IMG/VR virus record: IMGVR_UViG_3300026521_000088
Location: 32,551-96,550 of that record
From: a virus
Taxonomy: Duplodnaviria; Heunggongvirae; Uroviricota; Caudoviricetes
Length of the DNA stretch: 64,000 nucleotides
Reading direction: 5' to 3' (one strand)
Positions 19,901 to 28,633 of this stretch are shown here, piece by piece (within the stretch, counting starts at the first letter, position 1; each line of letters starts with the position of its first letter). Both the position numbers and the translations under genes were made by a program. Below the pieces are notes generated by a model. The model was given only the letters and a program-made list of their open reading frames with translations, had not been told where the DNA came from and made no database searches.

Positions 19901-21136
19901 ATGAGTATGTTAGATAAAATTGGTAATCCAGTAGGTTTTAAGATTATGAGAGCTATGTTAGTAATTCCAGAACAATATAGAAACATTGCAACAGCTAACG
20001 GACTTAAAAATGTGTATCTATTTATAGGTGAGTTATTAGGTTATAAGAATGGAACTGTTCAAGGTAAAATTGAGTTTGGTAGAGAAGCATACTTTAACAG
20101 AACTTTAATTGAAGATATAGAGTTAGATGACTTATATGAGAATATATGGTTAGAAAGACTTTATGAAGATATTGATAGAGTTTTAAATGTAAGAGGAAAC
20201 TATCAGAAAGTTCTAACTTTAAGAAAGTATGAATTAGGTACTATGACTTTAGAAGAATGTGCTAAAGTTATTGAGACATTTGAATATAGAAAATGGTCTG
20301 TACCTATAGAGATAGATGTGTCTGCTAGTGTATTAGCAATCATAGGACTTCTATTAGGGCATAAACCATTTATGAAAAGAACTAATATGATTGGTAACAC
20401 TATTCAAGATGCTTGGAAACATGATGTAGTAACTAACAGAGTACAATTCAAAAGTATTATGAGAATAATTTATGGTTCGTCTATGCCAACTAGCCAAATG
20501 TGGTTAGAGGATGATATTCAGTATACAACTGAAGAGTTACAAGCATTTAGCCAAGAGTTAAAAGATGGTGAGTTAGCTGTAGCTGCTAAATTCAGAGACT
20601 TTCTGATTAAGAATGCTAATATGAAAGAAGAGATGAATATAGTAGTAGACAAAGAAGAGTTTACAATCTACTGCAACAAATTCAGAAATGTAGGTGAGAA
20701 GACTACAAAGTATGATGTATATAATTCAGCTACAAATTCTATCAGAACAATTCAGAATACAAGTACTAAAAAAGTACCAGATTTAAAGAGATTTGCTGTA
20801 AGTACTGTGACTACACTCATTCACAATTTAGATTCACAATGTATGAATAACACAGTAGAAGCAGTAATAGATAAATTTGGATGGGTTATAGACATTCATG
20901 ATGCAATTATAGTTTGTCCAGAAGTTGTAGATTATGCTAGAGATATATACTGTAGTGGTACAGATTCTGATAAACCGAGTTTAGAAAGAATCTATAGAGA
21001 AAGAAATAGTATCCTATCTAAGTATTTTACAAGTATTGGTATTAGACCAAGTAAAATAAAAGAGTGGGGTGAAGTTATGAGTAAAGTAGATAAATTTGAA
21101 GGAGAGTTTAGATGTAACAGAATTGTACTAAAATAA
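19901..21136 (+). CDS. C-terminal (palm/fingers) fragment of split T7-like single-subunit RNA polymerase
   Basis: Begins ...DKIGNPVGFKIMRAML (cf. T7 FNPQGNDMTKGLL); motif A IDVSASVLAII (cf. T7 FDGSCSGIQHF), motif B NRVQFKSIMRIIYGSS (cf. T7 RSVTKRSVMTLAYGSK), motif C IDIHDAIIV (cf. T7 LIHDSFGT). Own SD (aaagggaag) before the ATG. Confidence 0.85.
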   Translation: MSMLDKIGNPVGFKIMRAMLVIPEQYRNIATANGLKNVYLFIGELLGYKNGTVQGKIEFGREAYFNRTLIEDIELDDLYENIWLERLYEDIDRVLNVRGNYQKVLTLRKYELGTMTLEECAKVIETFEYRKWSVPIEIDVSASVLAIIGLLLGHKPFMKRTNMIGNTIQDAWKHDVVTNRVQFKSIMRIIYGSSMPTSQMWLEDDIQYTTEELQAFSQELKDGELAVAAKFRDFLIKNANMKEEMNIVVDKEEFTIYCNKFRNVGEKTTKYDVYNSATNSIRTIQNTSTKKVPDLKRFAVSTVTTLIHNLDSQCMNNTVEAVIDKFGWVIDIHDAIIVCPEVVDYARDIYCSGTDSDKPSLERIYRERNSILSKYFTSIGIRPSKIKEWGEVMSKVDKFEGEFRCNRIVLK

Positions 21137-21139
21137 AGA

Positions 21140-21194
21140 CTTAAGTAGGTGACCTGTATAGGTTACTTGCTTAAGTTATTTTTTTTTTTTTTTT
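21140..21194 (+). terminator. rho-independent terminator after the RNAP gene
   Basis: Imperfect hairpin (cttaagtaggtgacc ... ggttacttgcttaag) followed by a 16-nt T run (21179-21194); a second T13 run at 21265-21277. Confidence 0.6.
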
Positions 21195-22745
21195 GATTTT
21201 AATGAACTAACTTTTTAAGAAGCCAAGTAATAACTAAAGTATCTTTTATAAGGTATTTTAGTTATTTTTTTTTTTTAAATTAATAAACATAGTGGATAGT
21301 ATTTATTAAGATATTAGATATTTATTACTTTTTATTATAAGAAAAAACTTATTGATAAAGAGAGTAAGTAAAATAGATACTAAATAAAAAGGATATGTAA
21401 TAATACAACTGACAAAAAAACTATCAAATACATTACTTGTAGAAAGTTTGTGTGGAGATGGTAATAATATAACTTTACTATGGGTTAAACCTGCTAACTT
21501 ATTTACTACACCACACGATGAACTATTAAATATTAATAGTATGTTATTATTAAATTTAGAAGCATTAATATATAATAAATAAAAGGATATATATGATTCA
21601 ATTAATGAAATTTCAAAATAAAGATTCAAATAATGCAATTAGTAGGAGTAATATAGGCTACTGTAATTATATAACTTCATTGTGGTTTATGGTTATTCTT
21701 CCAGATATTAAATCTATTAATGCTTCTAAAAGAATGTTAGTACATCTAGATGGGTTAATAATGGATAATATAAATGAAAAGGTATATATATATGACACAA
21801 ATACTAAAGACTAAAGGTGGAACAAGTACAAGAATTCAAATTACTAGAACAACTACACCTATATGTGTAACATCATTATGGTATGCATCTCAAACTTTAT
21901 TTAGTAAAAATAGGTTTGATGGTAACATTAGACTACTGATAGATTTAGAAAGATTAGTAATAAAAACTTATAAAGGTGTACTTAATGATTCAATTATTAG
22001 AAAGATATAAAAATGTATCTTATGGGTTAGTTTCATATAATAGATATTTTTCAAGAGTATCTATTATTATAACAAAATTTTCTAGATTTAATGCTAATAA
22101 TACTCTTATAGTATGTTTAAATGATATAGATGTATATGCTAATTTAAAGGATAAAAATGATTAACTTAATTAGATATAACAGTGGGGTTATAGCATACGG
22201 TAATTATTACGATAAACATATAACTTTTTTATGTATAGTCGGTATATGGGAAATAAGTATAAATAAAAATTTGTTAAAAAATTTAGATGAACTAATGCTA
22301 ATAAAATAAGGATTTCTATGTTACAAATAATGAAGATAAAAAATAATGTAAGATTAAATTGGTTAGGTTATAGCTTATATTGTATAACAGATTTACCATA
22401 TTTATCAAATATACAGTTAATTAACACACCTTATGGTAGTAATAATAGGGGTTTATCAACACTTATTAATATGTATACTTTTAAAACATGTAAGGATTAA
22501 AAAATTATGACTCAAGTACTTAAAAGACATGTTACAGATTATAAGTTACATTATTCTAGTATTTTCATAGTAAATAATCATATTTTATCAAAATACTGGT
22601 TTTTCTTAACTGATTGTAGAAAAATAAATCAAAATATATTAGTTAAGTTAGGTTGTAGCAATATAAAAATTTAAGGATATATTAGAAAATCTATTAATAT
22701 TTAGATTTGCTAAATAAATAAGATATATAAAATAAAGGAATTAAA

Positions 22746-23090
22746 ATGACAACAGAGCAGTATATTAGAGAAAAGAATAAATTAGTTTATAAAGCTACAG
22801 GTATGGTGTTAGTACCAGAAGATCAAATTATTGATATGGGGTATAAAGATACTTTTAGAGCTACAGAACATTTAGATAAGTTGAGTTGTCCTTATTGTCT
22901 TTATTATTTTGATAATGACTGTAAAGGTTGTATTATGTATGAAAAAGGTAATGGTTGTTTAGACGGATATGGTTCATACGAGCGTATAGTTGAATATCTA
23001 GAAAATACGGAATGCTTAAATAGTGATTATGATGTTATTCCAGGATTATATGAATTAGGTGTGAAATATAAAGAAAGTAACGAAAGGTAA
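22746..23090 (+). CDS. Cys-rich small protein (possible zinc-binding)
   Basis: CPYCLYYFDNDCKGC and further Cys pairs; good SD. Confidence 0.5.
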   Translation: MTTEQYIREKNKLVYKATGMVLVPEDQIIDMGYKDTFRATEHLDKLSCPYCLYYFDNDCKGCIMYEKGNGCLDGYGSYERIVEYLENTECLNSDYDVIPGLYELGVKYKESNER

Positions 23091-23093
23091 AAA

Positions 23094-23651
23094 ATGTATA
23101 AATTTAATAGGATAGAGACTAAAGTATTAGAAGCTTTAGCTAAATTAGATAGATGGAGTATTGTAGGAGCTAAAGCTCTATCTTATTATGGTGTACATAG
23201 ATTTACTAAAGATACTGATATTTTATGTCATACAGAAGTAGCTAAAAGTATACTAGAAATATTTAAACAACAAGGGTTTAATATAACCTATTGTGATATA
23301 TCTCAAGTAAATGCTGTAAAAGATGGTGTAGAGTTTGATATTCTTATTACTTCTGCACCAGAATATAGTAATGCTTTAACTAAGCAAAAAGGTACATACT
23401 ACACTACTTGTAGTGGTTTATTAGATATGTACTTATTAAGTGATAAAGAGCAGAATCAATTTGATGCTGTTAATCTATTACAGAGTAATAGTAATTGTAA
23501 ACCTAGTGAAGAAGTAGTTAGTATAGAACTGGGTAGATACCAATATCTTTTAGAGAAATCTAAAGAAGATATTAAGTATTTCAAACCTAGAGCATTATCT
23601 GATGAATTTAACCTAGAAGAGTTATTACTAGAGTTAGATGATATTGAATAA
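23094..23651 (+). CDS. nucleotidyltransferase-fold protein, AbiEii/DUF1814-like
   Basis: VGAKALSYYGVHRFTKDTDILCH matches the G-[GA]-x-A-L-x(4)-G-x-x-R-x-[ST]-x-D-[IL]-D signature of AbiEii-type (pol-beta superfamily) nucleotidyltransferases. Confidence 0.5.
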   Translation: MYKFNRIETKVLEALAKLDRWSIVGAKALSYYGVHRFTKDTDILCHTEVAKSILEIFKQQGFNITYCDISQVNAVKDGVEFDILITSAPEYSNALTKQKGTYYTTCSGLLDMYLLSDKEQNQFDAVNLLQSNSNCKPSEEVVSIELGRYQYLLEKSKEDIKYFKPRALSDEFNLEELLLELDDIE

Positions 23652-23667
23652 ATTTAAAGGATAAAAA

Positions 23668-24258
23668 ATGAAGAAAATGACAACATTATTTAAAAAAACA
23701 GATGATCAGTCTAAAGTTATTGATGAACTTAGAGAAGAGAATAGATGGGTTTTAGAAAATTCTACAGCATATAGAAAATGGGATGGTACAGCTTGTGCTA
23801 TTATTAATGGAAAATTATATAAAAGATATGATGCTAAAATCAATAAAAAAACAGGTAAAAGAAAAATACCACCAGCTAATTCTATTGCTTGTCAAGAACC
23901 AGATGAAATAACAGGGCATCAACCATATTGGACTCCAGTATTAGATGAAAATAAAAGTGATAAGAGAATGTTAGATGCATTTAATAAAATTGTAGATACA
24001 AAAATTTTAAGTAAATACCCTTCAAAGTATGATGGAACTTACGAGTTTTGTGGACCTAAAGTAAATGGTAATCCAGAACAATTAAAAGAACATGTACTTA
24101 TACCACATAAAGAAGAAAAACTAGATATAGTTGATTATAGTTTTGCAGGGTTAAAACAATACTTAACAGATATTAATATTGAAGGTATTGTATTTTGGAA
24201 TAAAAATAATGATAAAAAATGTAAGATTAGAAAAACAGATTTTAATATTAAAAGATAG
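23668..24258 (+). CDS. small covalent nucleotidyltransferase (ATP-dependent RNA/DNA ligase-like, KxDG)
   Basis: Motif I RKWDGTACAI (KxDG), motif IV-like EGIVFW, motif V-like KCKIRK; 196 aa, so a minimal ligase-like domain. Confidence 0.5.
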   Translation: MKKMTTLFKKTDDQSKVIDELREENRWVLENSTAYRKWDGTACAIINGKLYKRYDAKINKKTGKRKIPPANSIACQEPDEITGHQPYWTPVLDENKSDKRMLDAFNKIVDTKILSKYPSKYDGTYEFCGPKVNGNPEQLKEHVLIPHKEEKLDIVDYSFAGLKQYLTDINIEGIVFWNKNNDKKCKIRKTDFNIKR

Positions 24259-24341
24259 AATCTTAAATATTATAAAAATTAGTAGGTATTTATAATAGGT
24301 TCATTTAATCTAATATAAAATATTAGATCAAAGGAGTAGTA

Positions 24342-24536
24342 ATGAAAAAGTTAGTAATTAATGTAATACTTATTACTTCAGTATTTAGTAGTACTGATAT
24401 AGTAACTAACGAATGTGCTATAGCTCTAACAGAAGCTACTAAAATACATGCTAAATATATGGATGGTAATGTATCTATAACAGAAGATTATAATACTTAT
24501 AATTTAGCATTAAACATATGTAATATAAAAGGATAA
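24342..24536 (+). CDS. small protein with N-terminal hydrophobic segment
   Basis: 64-aa ORF, SD aaaggag. Confidence 0.4.
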   Translation: MKKLVINVILITSVFSSTDIVTNECAIALTEATKIHAKYMDGNVSITEDYNTYNLALNICNIKG

Positions 24537-24539
24537 ATA

Positions 24540-24749
24540 ATGAAAATATATCAGTATATATTATATCCATATGAAGAATATGATGATGAATTGGGAGAAT
24601 GGGTCACAAACCACGACAATCCAAATAACTGGATAACAGAAGAAAGATTACTACAAGACAATGATGTAAAAAGTATTGAAGAAGTAGACTTGTCAATGTA
24701 CAATGTACAAGAAATAAGCAACAAGGAATATAATGATACAATTAAGTAA
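24540..24749 (+). CDS. small highly acidic protein
   Basis: 69 aa, strongly Asp/Glu/Tyr rich. Confidence 0.45.
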   Translation: MKIYQYILYPYEEYDDELGEWVTNHDNPNNWITEERLLQDNDVKSIEEVDLSMYNVQEISNKEYNDTIK

Positions 24750-24927
24750 AATACCTGAACCTTTTAAGTCTAAATTAGAAGCTACTTTAGGTAATAAGGA
24801 TTACTGTATAATGGAGAGTAGTTATATTTTCCGTTATGAAGATATTAGCACAGATTTTGGTAAATGGCTTATCTCAAAAGGTGAAGAAGAATTTGCTGGT
24901 GAGATTGAGTATAAATTAACAATTTAA
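24733..24927 (+). CDS. small protein, MIQ-start family member
   Basis: Starts ATGATACAA (MIQ) like the paralog clusters; overlaps upstream ORF. Confidence 0.4.
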   Translation: MIQLSKIPEPFKSKLEATLGNKDYCIMESSYIFRYEDISTDFGKWLISKGEEEFAGEIEYKLTI

Positions 24928-24945
24928 ATTTAAAAAGGACAAATA

Positions 24946-25338
24946 ATGGAAAAATTATATATAAAAGCAACAAGAAATAAGTAGAGATTTCAAACAACAA
25001 GAGAACATATATCAGTAGAAGAGTTATGGGATTTACCACTTAAATCAAGAACAAACTTTGATTTAGATACAGTAGCAAAAACTGTAAATAAACAAGTAAA
25101 AAAAACTGAAGAAGAATCTTTTGTTACAACTACAGCAAAAGATACAGAACCAAAAGAGAAACTTGAATTTGTTAAATATATCATTTCAGTCAAGCTACAA
25201 GAAGCTAAAGACAAACAAGATGCACAAGCAAAAGCTGGAAGAAAACAACAAATTCTAGCGTTATTAGCTGAAAAAGAAGTAGAAGGACTTAAAGCAAAAT
25301 CAAAAGAAGAGTTGCTTAAAGAGTTAGAATCTTTATAA
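24946..25338 (+). CDS. 130-codon reading frame interrupted by a single in-frame TAG at codon 13 (24982-24984): pseudogene or amber read-through/recoded gene
   Basis: ATG with AAAAGGA SD; after the TAG the same frame stays open for 117 more codons with no ATG and ends in a coiled-coil-like KE-rich tail; only a spurious minus ORF is called across it. Confidence 0.4.
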
Positions 25339-25428
25339 GTAACTTAAATTCATATCCGTTACCATTTTACTACTATGTTTTAAAATGGTAATAATATAAA
25401 TTAAAGTAGATTACTAAGGAGTTAGTAA

Positions 25429-25767
25429 ATGCAAGGTTTATGGAAAGATAAAACTAAGCACTATTTAAAGTCTAAGTTAAAATACTATATAAGAGATAAT
25501 AAAATTTTATATGGTAAAGATTTAGATATTGTACATAATAATGATGTATGTGTTAAAGTTTTAAATAGTATTAAACAAGATAGCTTTGTATGTATAAAAA
25601 ATAAAATAGTTAAATTATCTTCTAATCTAATATATAGACATTCTAAAAAATGTATTTATGACTTAGAGTATGAAGATATTTTTATAAATAGTACATTTAA
25701 TAAAATAGGTAGTAAAAATATATACTCTGATAAAGAGTTAATAGAATTTAAATATAAGGATAAATGA
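25429..25767 (+). CDS. hypothetical protein
   Basis: 112-aa Lys-rich ORF with AAGGAG SD. Confidence 0.5.
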   Translation: MQGLWKDKTKHYLKSKLKYYIRDNKILYGKDLDIVHNNDVCVKVLNSIKQDSFVCIKNKIVKLSSNLIYRHSKKCIYDLEYEDIFINSTFNKIGSKNIYSDKELIEFKYKDK

Positions 25768-25876
25768 TGTGTAATATCAGAACAAGAAAAAATGATGTAA
25801 AACTAACAATCAAACAAGCACAACAAGCACTGAAGATAGCAAAGTCTTTAAATAAAGAGTTATATATACTAAGATA

Positions 25877-25896
25877 TTAACCTTATTTAAGGTTAA
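25877..25896 (+). terminator. hairpin (ttaacctta-tt-taaggttaa) upstream of tRNA cluster
   Basis: Perfect 9-bp inverted repeat seen in sequence; weak T tract after it. Confidence 0.35.
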
Positions 25897-25933
25897 TCTT
25901 GTATAATTAGATTTATATAACATATCAATATAT

Positions 25934-26019
25934 GCTGCTATGGTGGAAAGGTAGACACTGAAGGCTTAAAACCTTCTGACTGAAAAGTCGTCCCAGTTCG
26001 AATCTGGGTAGCAGTACCA
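25934..26019 (+). tRNA. tRNA-Leu (anticodon TAA), type II with long variable arm, CCA encoded
   Basis: Acceptor GCTGCTA/TAGCAGT, anticodon arm GAAGG-CTTAAAA-CCTTC, variable stem-loop, T arm CCCAG-TTCGAAT-CTGGG, then ACCA. Confidence 0.8.
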
Positions 26020-26021
26020 AA

Positions 26022-26095
26022 TCTCCAATAGCTTGAAGGTCAAGCAAATGACTGTTAATCATTAGTTGTAGGTTCGATTCCTACTTGGAGAGCCA
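26022..26095 (+). tRNA. tRNA-Asn (anticodon GTT), CCA encoded
   Basis: Acceptor TCTCCAA/TTGGAGA, D arm GCTT-GAAGGTC-AAGC, anticodon arm AATGA-CTGTTAA-TCATT, T arm GTAGG-TTCGATT-CCTAC, then GCCA. Confidence 0.8.
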
Positions 26096-26164
26096 ATATA
26101 TAATTATAATAACTAACTATTAGCTATTAAATATAGGTTAAAACTTATATAGTTAACCATTTAT

Positions 26165-26240
26165 GTTGTACTGCTACCTGGGGTAGATATAGTAATATAT
26201 AGATAGTAATATCTTATAGGTTCGAATCCTATGTACAACA
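26165..26240 (+). other. tRNA-like element / degenerate tRNA (acceptor stem and T arm intact, anticodon region replaced by an ATAGTAATAT tandem duplication)
   Basis: GTTGTAC...GTACAAC acceptor pairing and ATAGG-TTCGAAT-CCTAT T arm are perfect, but no canonical anticodon stem can be drawn; 10-nt direct repeat inside. Confidence 0.3.
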
Positions 26241-26667
26241 CCTCCTACAAATAAGTAGTAAAGTTTATAGTAGAAAATTTTTAACATACCTATTTCCTTT
26301 TAAAGTATGTATTTTCATTTTCCTTCCCTTTTTAAATTTTAACTGACAAACTATAATTCTACTATAAACCTACTACTTATTATTTTTAATAAACCAATAT
26401 TTATATTGATTTATTAAAAATAATAATATACATATATACAAGGATTTACTATGTTACAAGTACTTAATCATAAGTATACATTTGCAAGAACAACTACTAA
26501 AGGATATTATGTAAAATATTATATATTTTCTTTTATACATTTTAGAAAACAACTACATCTACTACATATACGCAATTATAATAGTATAAAAACATTAGAT
26601 GAGACTCTATTATCTTTAATATAGACTATAAAATATTATAAATAATTATAATAAATAAAGGAAAATA

Positions 26668-26850
26668 ATGATACAGATAATTGAAAGTACTAAAATACAT
26701 ACTGATACTCTTAGTAGGTTAGACACTAGTCATATTGTGAAAAACATAGTTGATTTTTATATTAGACAAATGCCATATAACAATAATGGAATTATACTAT
26801 TACAACTTACTGCATTAATAGTAGAGGTTACAGATGATACAGAATGTTAA
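26668..26850 (+). CDS. small protein, MIQ paralog family
   Basis: AAATAAAGGAAAATA-ATGATACAG start; ~60 aa; shares MIQ...DFY...LL pattern with neighbours. Confidence 0.5.
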   Translation: MIQIIESTKIHTDTLSRLDTSHIVKNIVDFYIRQMPYNNNGIILLQLTALIVEVTDDTEC

Positions 26851-27031
26851 TACAATATATTCTAAAATGTATGATCCTAGAAACAAGTATAAATTACATT
26901 ATAGTCAGGATACTGAGGATTTTTTTATTAATTGGTACTTATCTTCACAACTTTTAGATAGTAATAGTAGTATTTTATATAAACTAACAGAATATCTACT
27001 AGACTATACACAACAAAATAAAGGAAAATAA
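26834..27031 (+). CDS. small protein, MIQ paralog family
   Basis: MIQNVN... with ...TEDFFINWYL core; overlaps neighbours. Confidence 0.5.
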   Translation: MIQNVNTIYSKMYDPRNKYKLHYSQDTEDFFINWYLSSQLLDSNSSILYKLTEYLLDYTQQNKGK

Positions 27032-27219
27032 TGATACAAAATATAGCTGCTAATACTAAACTTATTCATAAATTTATATCTAAACCACATATTATAAAAA
27101 GTACCTCTGATAATGATTTTTATATACCCAATCTATTATCTGGTACACATACAAGAATACTAGCAGGTATTGTTATGTTAGTAATAAAGGGTGCTGATGT
27201 TGCAAAATATAAGACATAA
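27031..27219 (+). CDS. small protein, MIQ paralog family
   Basis: AAATAAAGGAAAATA-ATGATACAA start; ...NDFYIPNLL core. Confidence 0.5.
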   Translation: MIQNIAANTKLIHKFISKPHIIKSTSDNDFYIPNLLSGTHTRILAGIVMLVIKGADVAKYKT

Positions 27220-27388
27220 TATTAGTAAGAACTTAATAGGTGTAAGATTAGTACTTGATCAAGATAAAAATATTTATATTACTAAAAATATTTTTTATAC
27301 TCAAGTATATATAAAAAATAAAATAAGTAAAGTATGTACTAAACTTTTGAGAAATACAGTCTACCTACTTTATAAAAATACTAAATAA
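27191..27388 (+). CDS. small basic protein
   Basis: 65-aa ORF in the same tight array. Confidence 0.35.
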   Translation: MLMLQNIRHNISKNLIGVRLVLDQDKNIYITKNIFYTQVYIKNKISKVCTKLLRNTVYLLYKNTK

Positions 27389-27406
27389 ACAAATAAAGGA
27401 AAAAAT

Positions 27407-28633
27407 ATGAAAAATGTACTAGATTTAATAAAAGAAGATATGATTTCACCAAAATATAAAAATGCTGATGATGTAATGGATATGGTTATTACTCAAGAGA
27501 CAGATACACTGTTAAATCCAGCATATAATAAAGAGTATAGTAAATTCTTAGATACTCTTAAAGAAGACTTTAAAAAAGACATTAAATTGAACTTTAGTGA
27601 GTCATATGGTCTAGATACACCATTAGAGTTTATAGGAACAGGTGGTGTAGGAGCAAACCTATTATATATGTTAGAACACCATAGAAATTTCACTGAAGAT
27701 AATAATGGTGAAAAATTCTATATACCAAACTCATTCTTTGAATTTGACCATTGGGACTTTAGCAATTTAGCTAGAATACCATTTATACCAGAAAAATATC
27801 GTAAAGGTGAAGATATTGTAGCTAAAGAACTTGCTAACCATGATGCTAAAGAAGAGCAATTTCTAGACCCATTATTTATTGAGGCTAGCCATAATAAGCT
27901 ATCGAAAATAATTCCTTGTGGAGCTATGGATTTAGAAACTAGAAAAGTAATGACTACTGCTAAAATACCATACATCACAGTTACACACAAAGATGATAAG
28001 CTACAAATTAAATTATGTCCTACACCTGTAGAACATGAGTCTTTAATGGCTGAAACATATGGTATGATTGATGTAAACTTCTTGTTACCAGCAGTACATC
28101 TAGCTTCATTCTATATCTCAGATATTATGAATGCTGCAAATACTGATAAAACAGAAGGTTACAATATATCTGCAGTTAAAGCTTATGAGGATATTAAAGT
28201 CTTCAAAGCTGAAATGTTGAAGTATAGAGAGTTAACTATAGCTAATGAAGCTAATAGTAACAATGATATTTTACAAAGTTTTATCTTGTATTGTGCAGAT
28301 ATTGTAAAAGATAGAACTAACTATAATTTAGAAGATACAGATGAGTTACAAAAATTTAGAGTAGAAATTTACACTGAAGTAACTAGAAGACTTTCTAATG
28401 CTGAAGACTTAGAAGCAATGGTCAATAGTTCAAAAGAATCATTTAATCATCTAGGTGGTAAAGAGTATGTATGTACAAGAGCCAAAGAATTGCTAGATCT
28501 AGACACCTTATGGAGTGGTATGGAAGATAGAGTATTACTAGAAATTACACCAGATGATGTAAGAGACTTTCTAGAAGTCAAAAATACAAAGGAAGCTTAT
28601 GAACTTGTTAGAAGACTTTCATCCAATAATTAA
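27407..28633 (+). CDS. E1-like adenylyltransferase (ThiF/MoeB/HesA family)
   Basis: Rossmann nucleotide-binding motif LEFIGTGGVGANLLYML followed by FEFDHWDFSNLARI (cf. ThiF/MoeB VLVVGAGGLGS ... LIDFDVVELSNLNRQ). Confidence 0.7.
   Translation: MKNVLDLIKEDMISPKYKNADDVMDMVITQETDTLLNPAYNKEYSKFLDTLKEDFKKDIKLNFSESYGLDTPLEFIGTGGVGANLLYMLEHHRNFTEDNNGEKFYIPNSFFEFDHWDFSNLARIPFIPEKYRKGEDIVAKELANHDAKEEQFLDPLFIEASHNKLSKIIPCGAMDLETRKVMTTAKIPYITVTHKDDKLQIKLCPTPVEHESLMAETYGMIDVNFLLPAVHLASFYISDIMNAANTDKTEGYNISAVKAYEDIKVFKAEMLKYRELTIANEANSNNDILQSFILYCADIVKDRTNYNLEDTDELQKFRVEIYTEVTRRLSNAEDLEAMVNSSKESFNHLGGKEYVCTRAKELLDLDTLWSGMEDRVLLEITPDDVRDFLEVKNTKEAYELVRRLSSNN

Noticed and set aside
21306-21638. Minus-strand 110-aa ORF in the AT-rich region after the RNAP terminator
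   Set aside because: Extreme low complexity (Leu/Ile/Phe/Asn/Ser), no SD, and it lies in a region full of terminator-like T tracts. Probably non-coding.
25934-26240. CRISPR array or longer tRNA array around the tRNA cluster
   Set aside because: There are no regularly spaced direct repeats. Only two canonical tRNAs plus one degenerate tRNA-like element were found.
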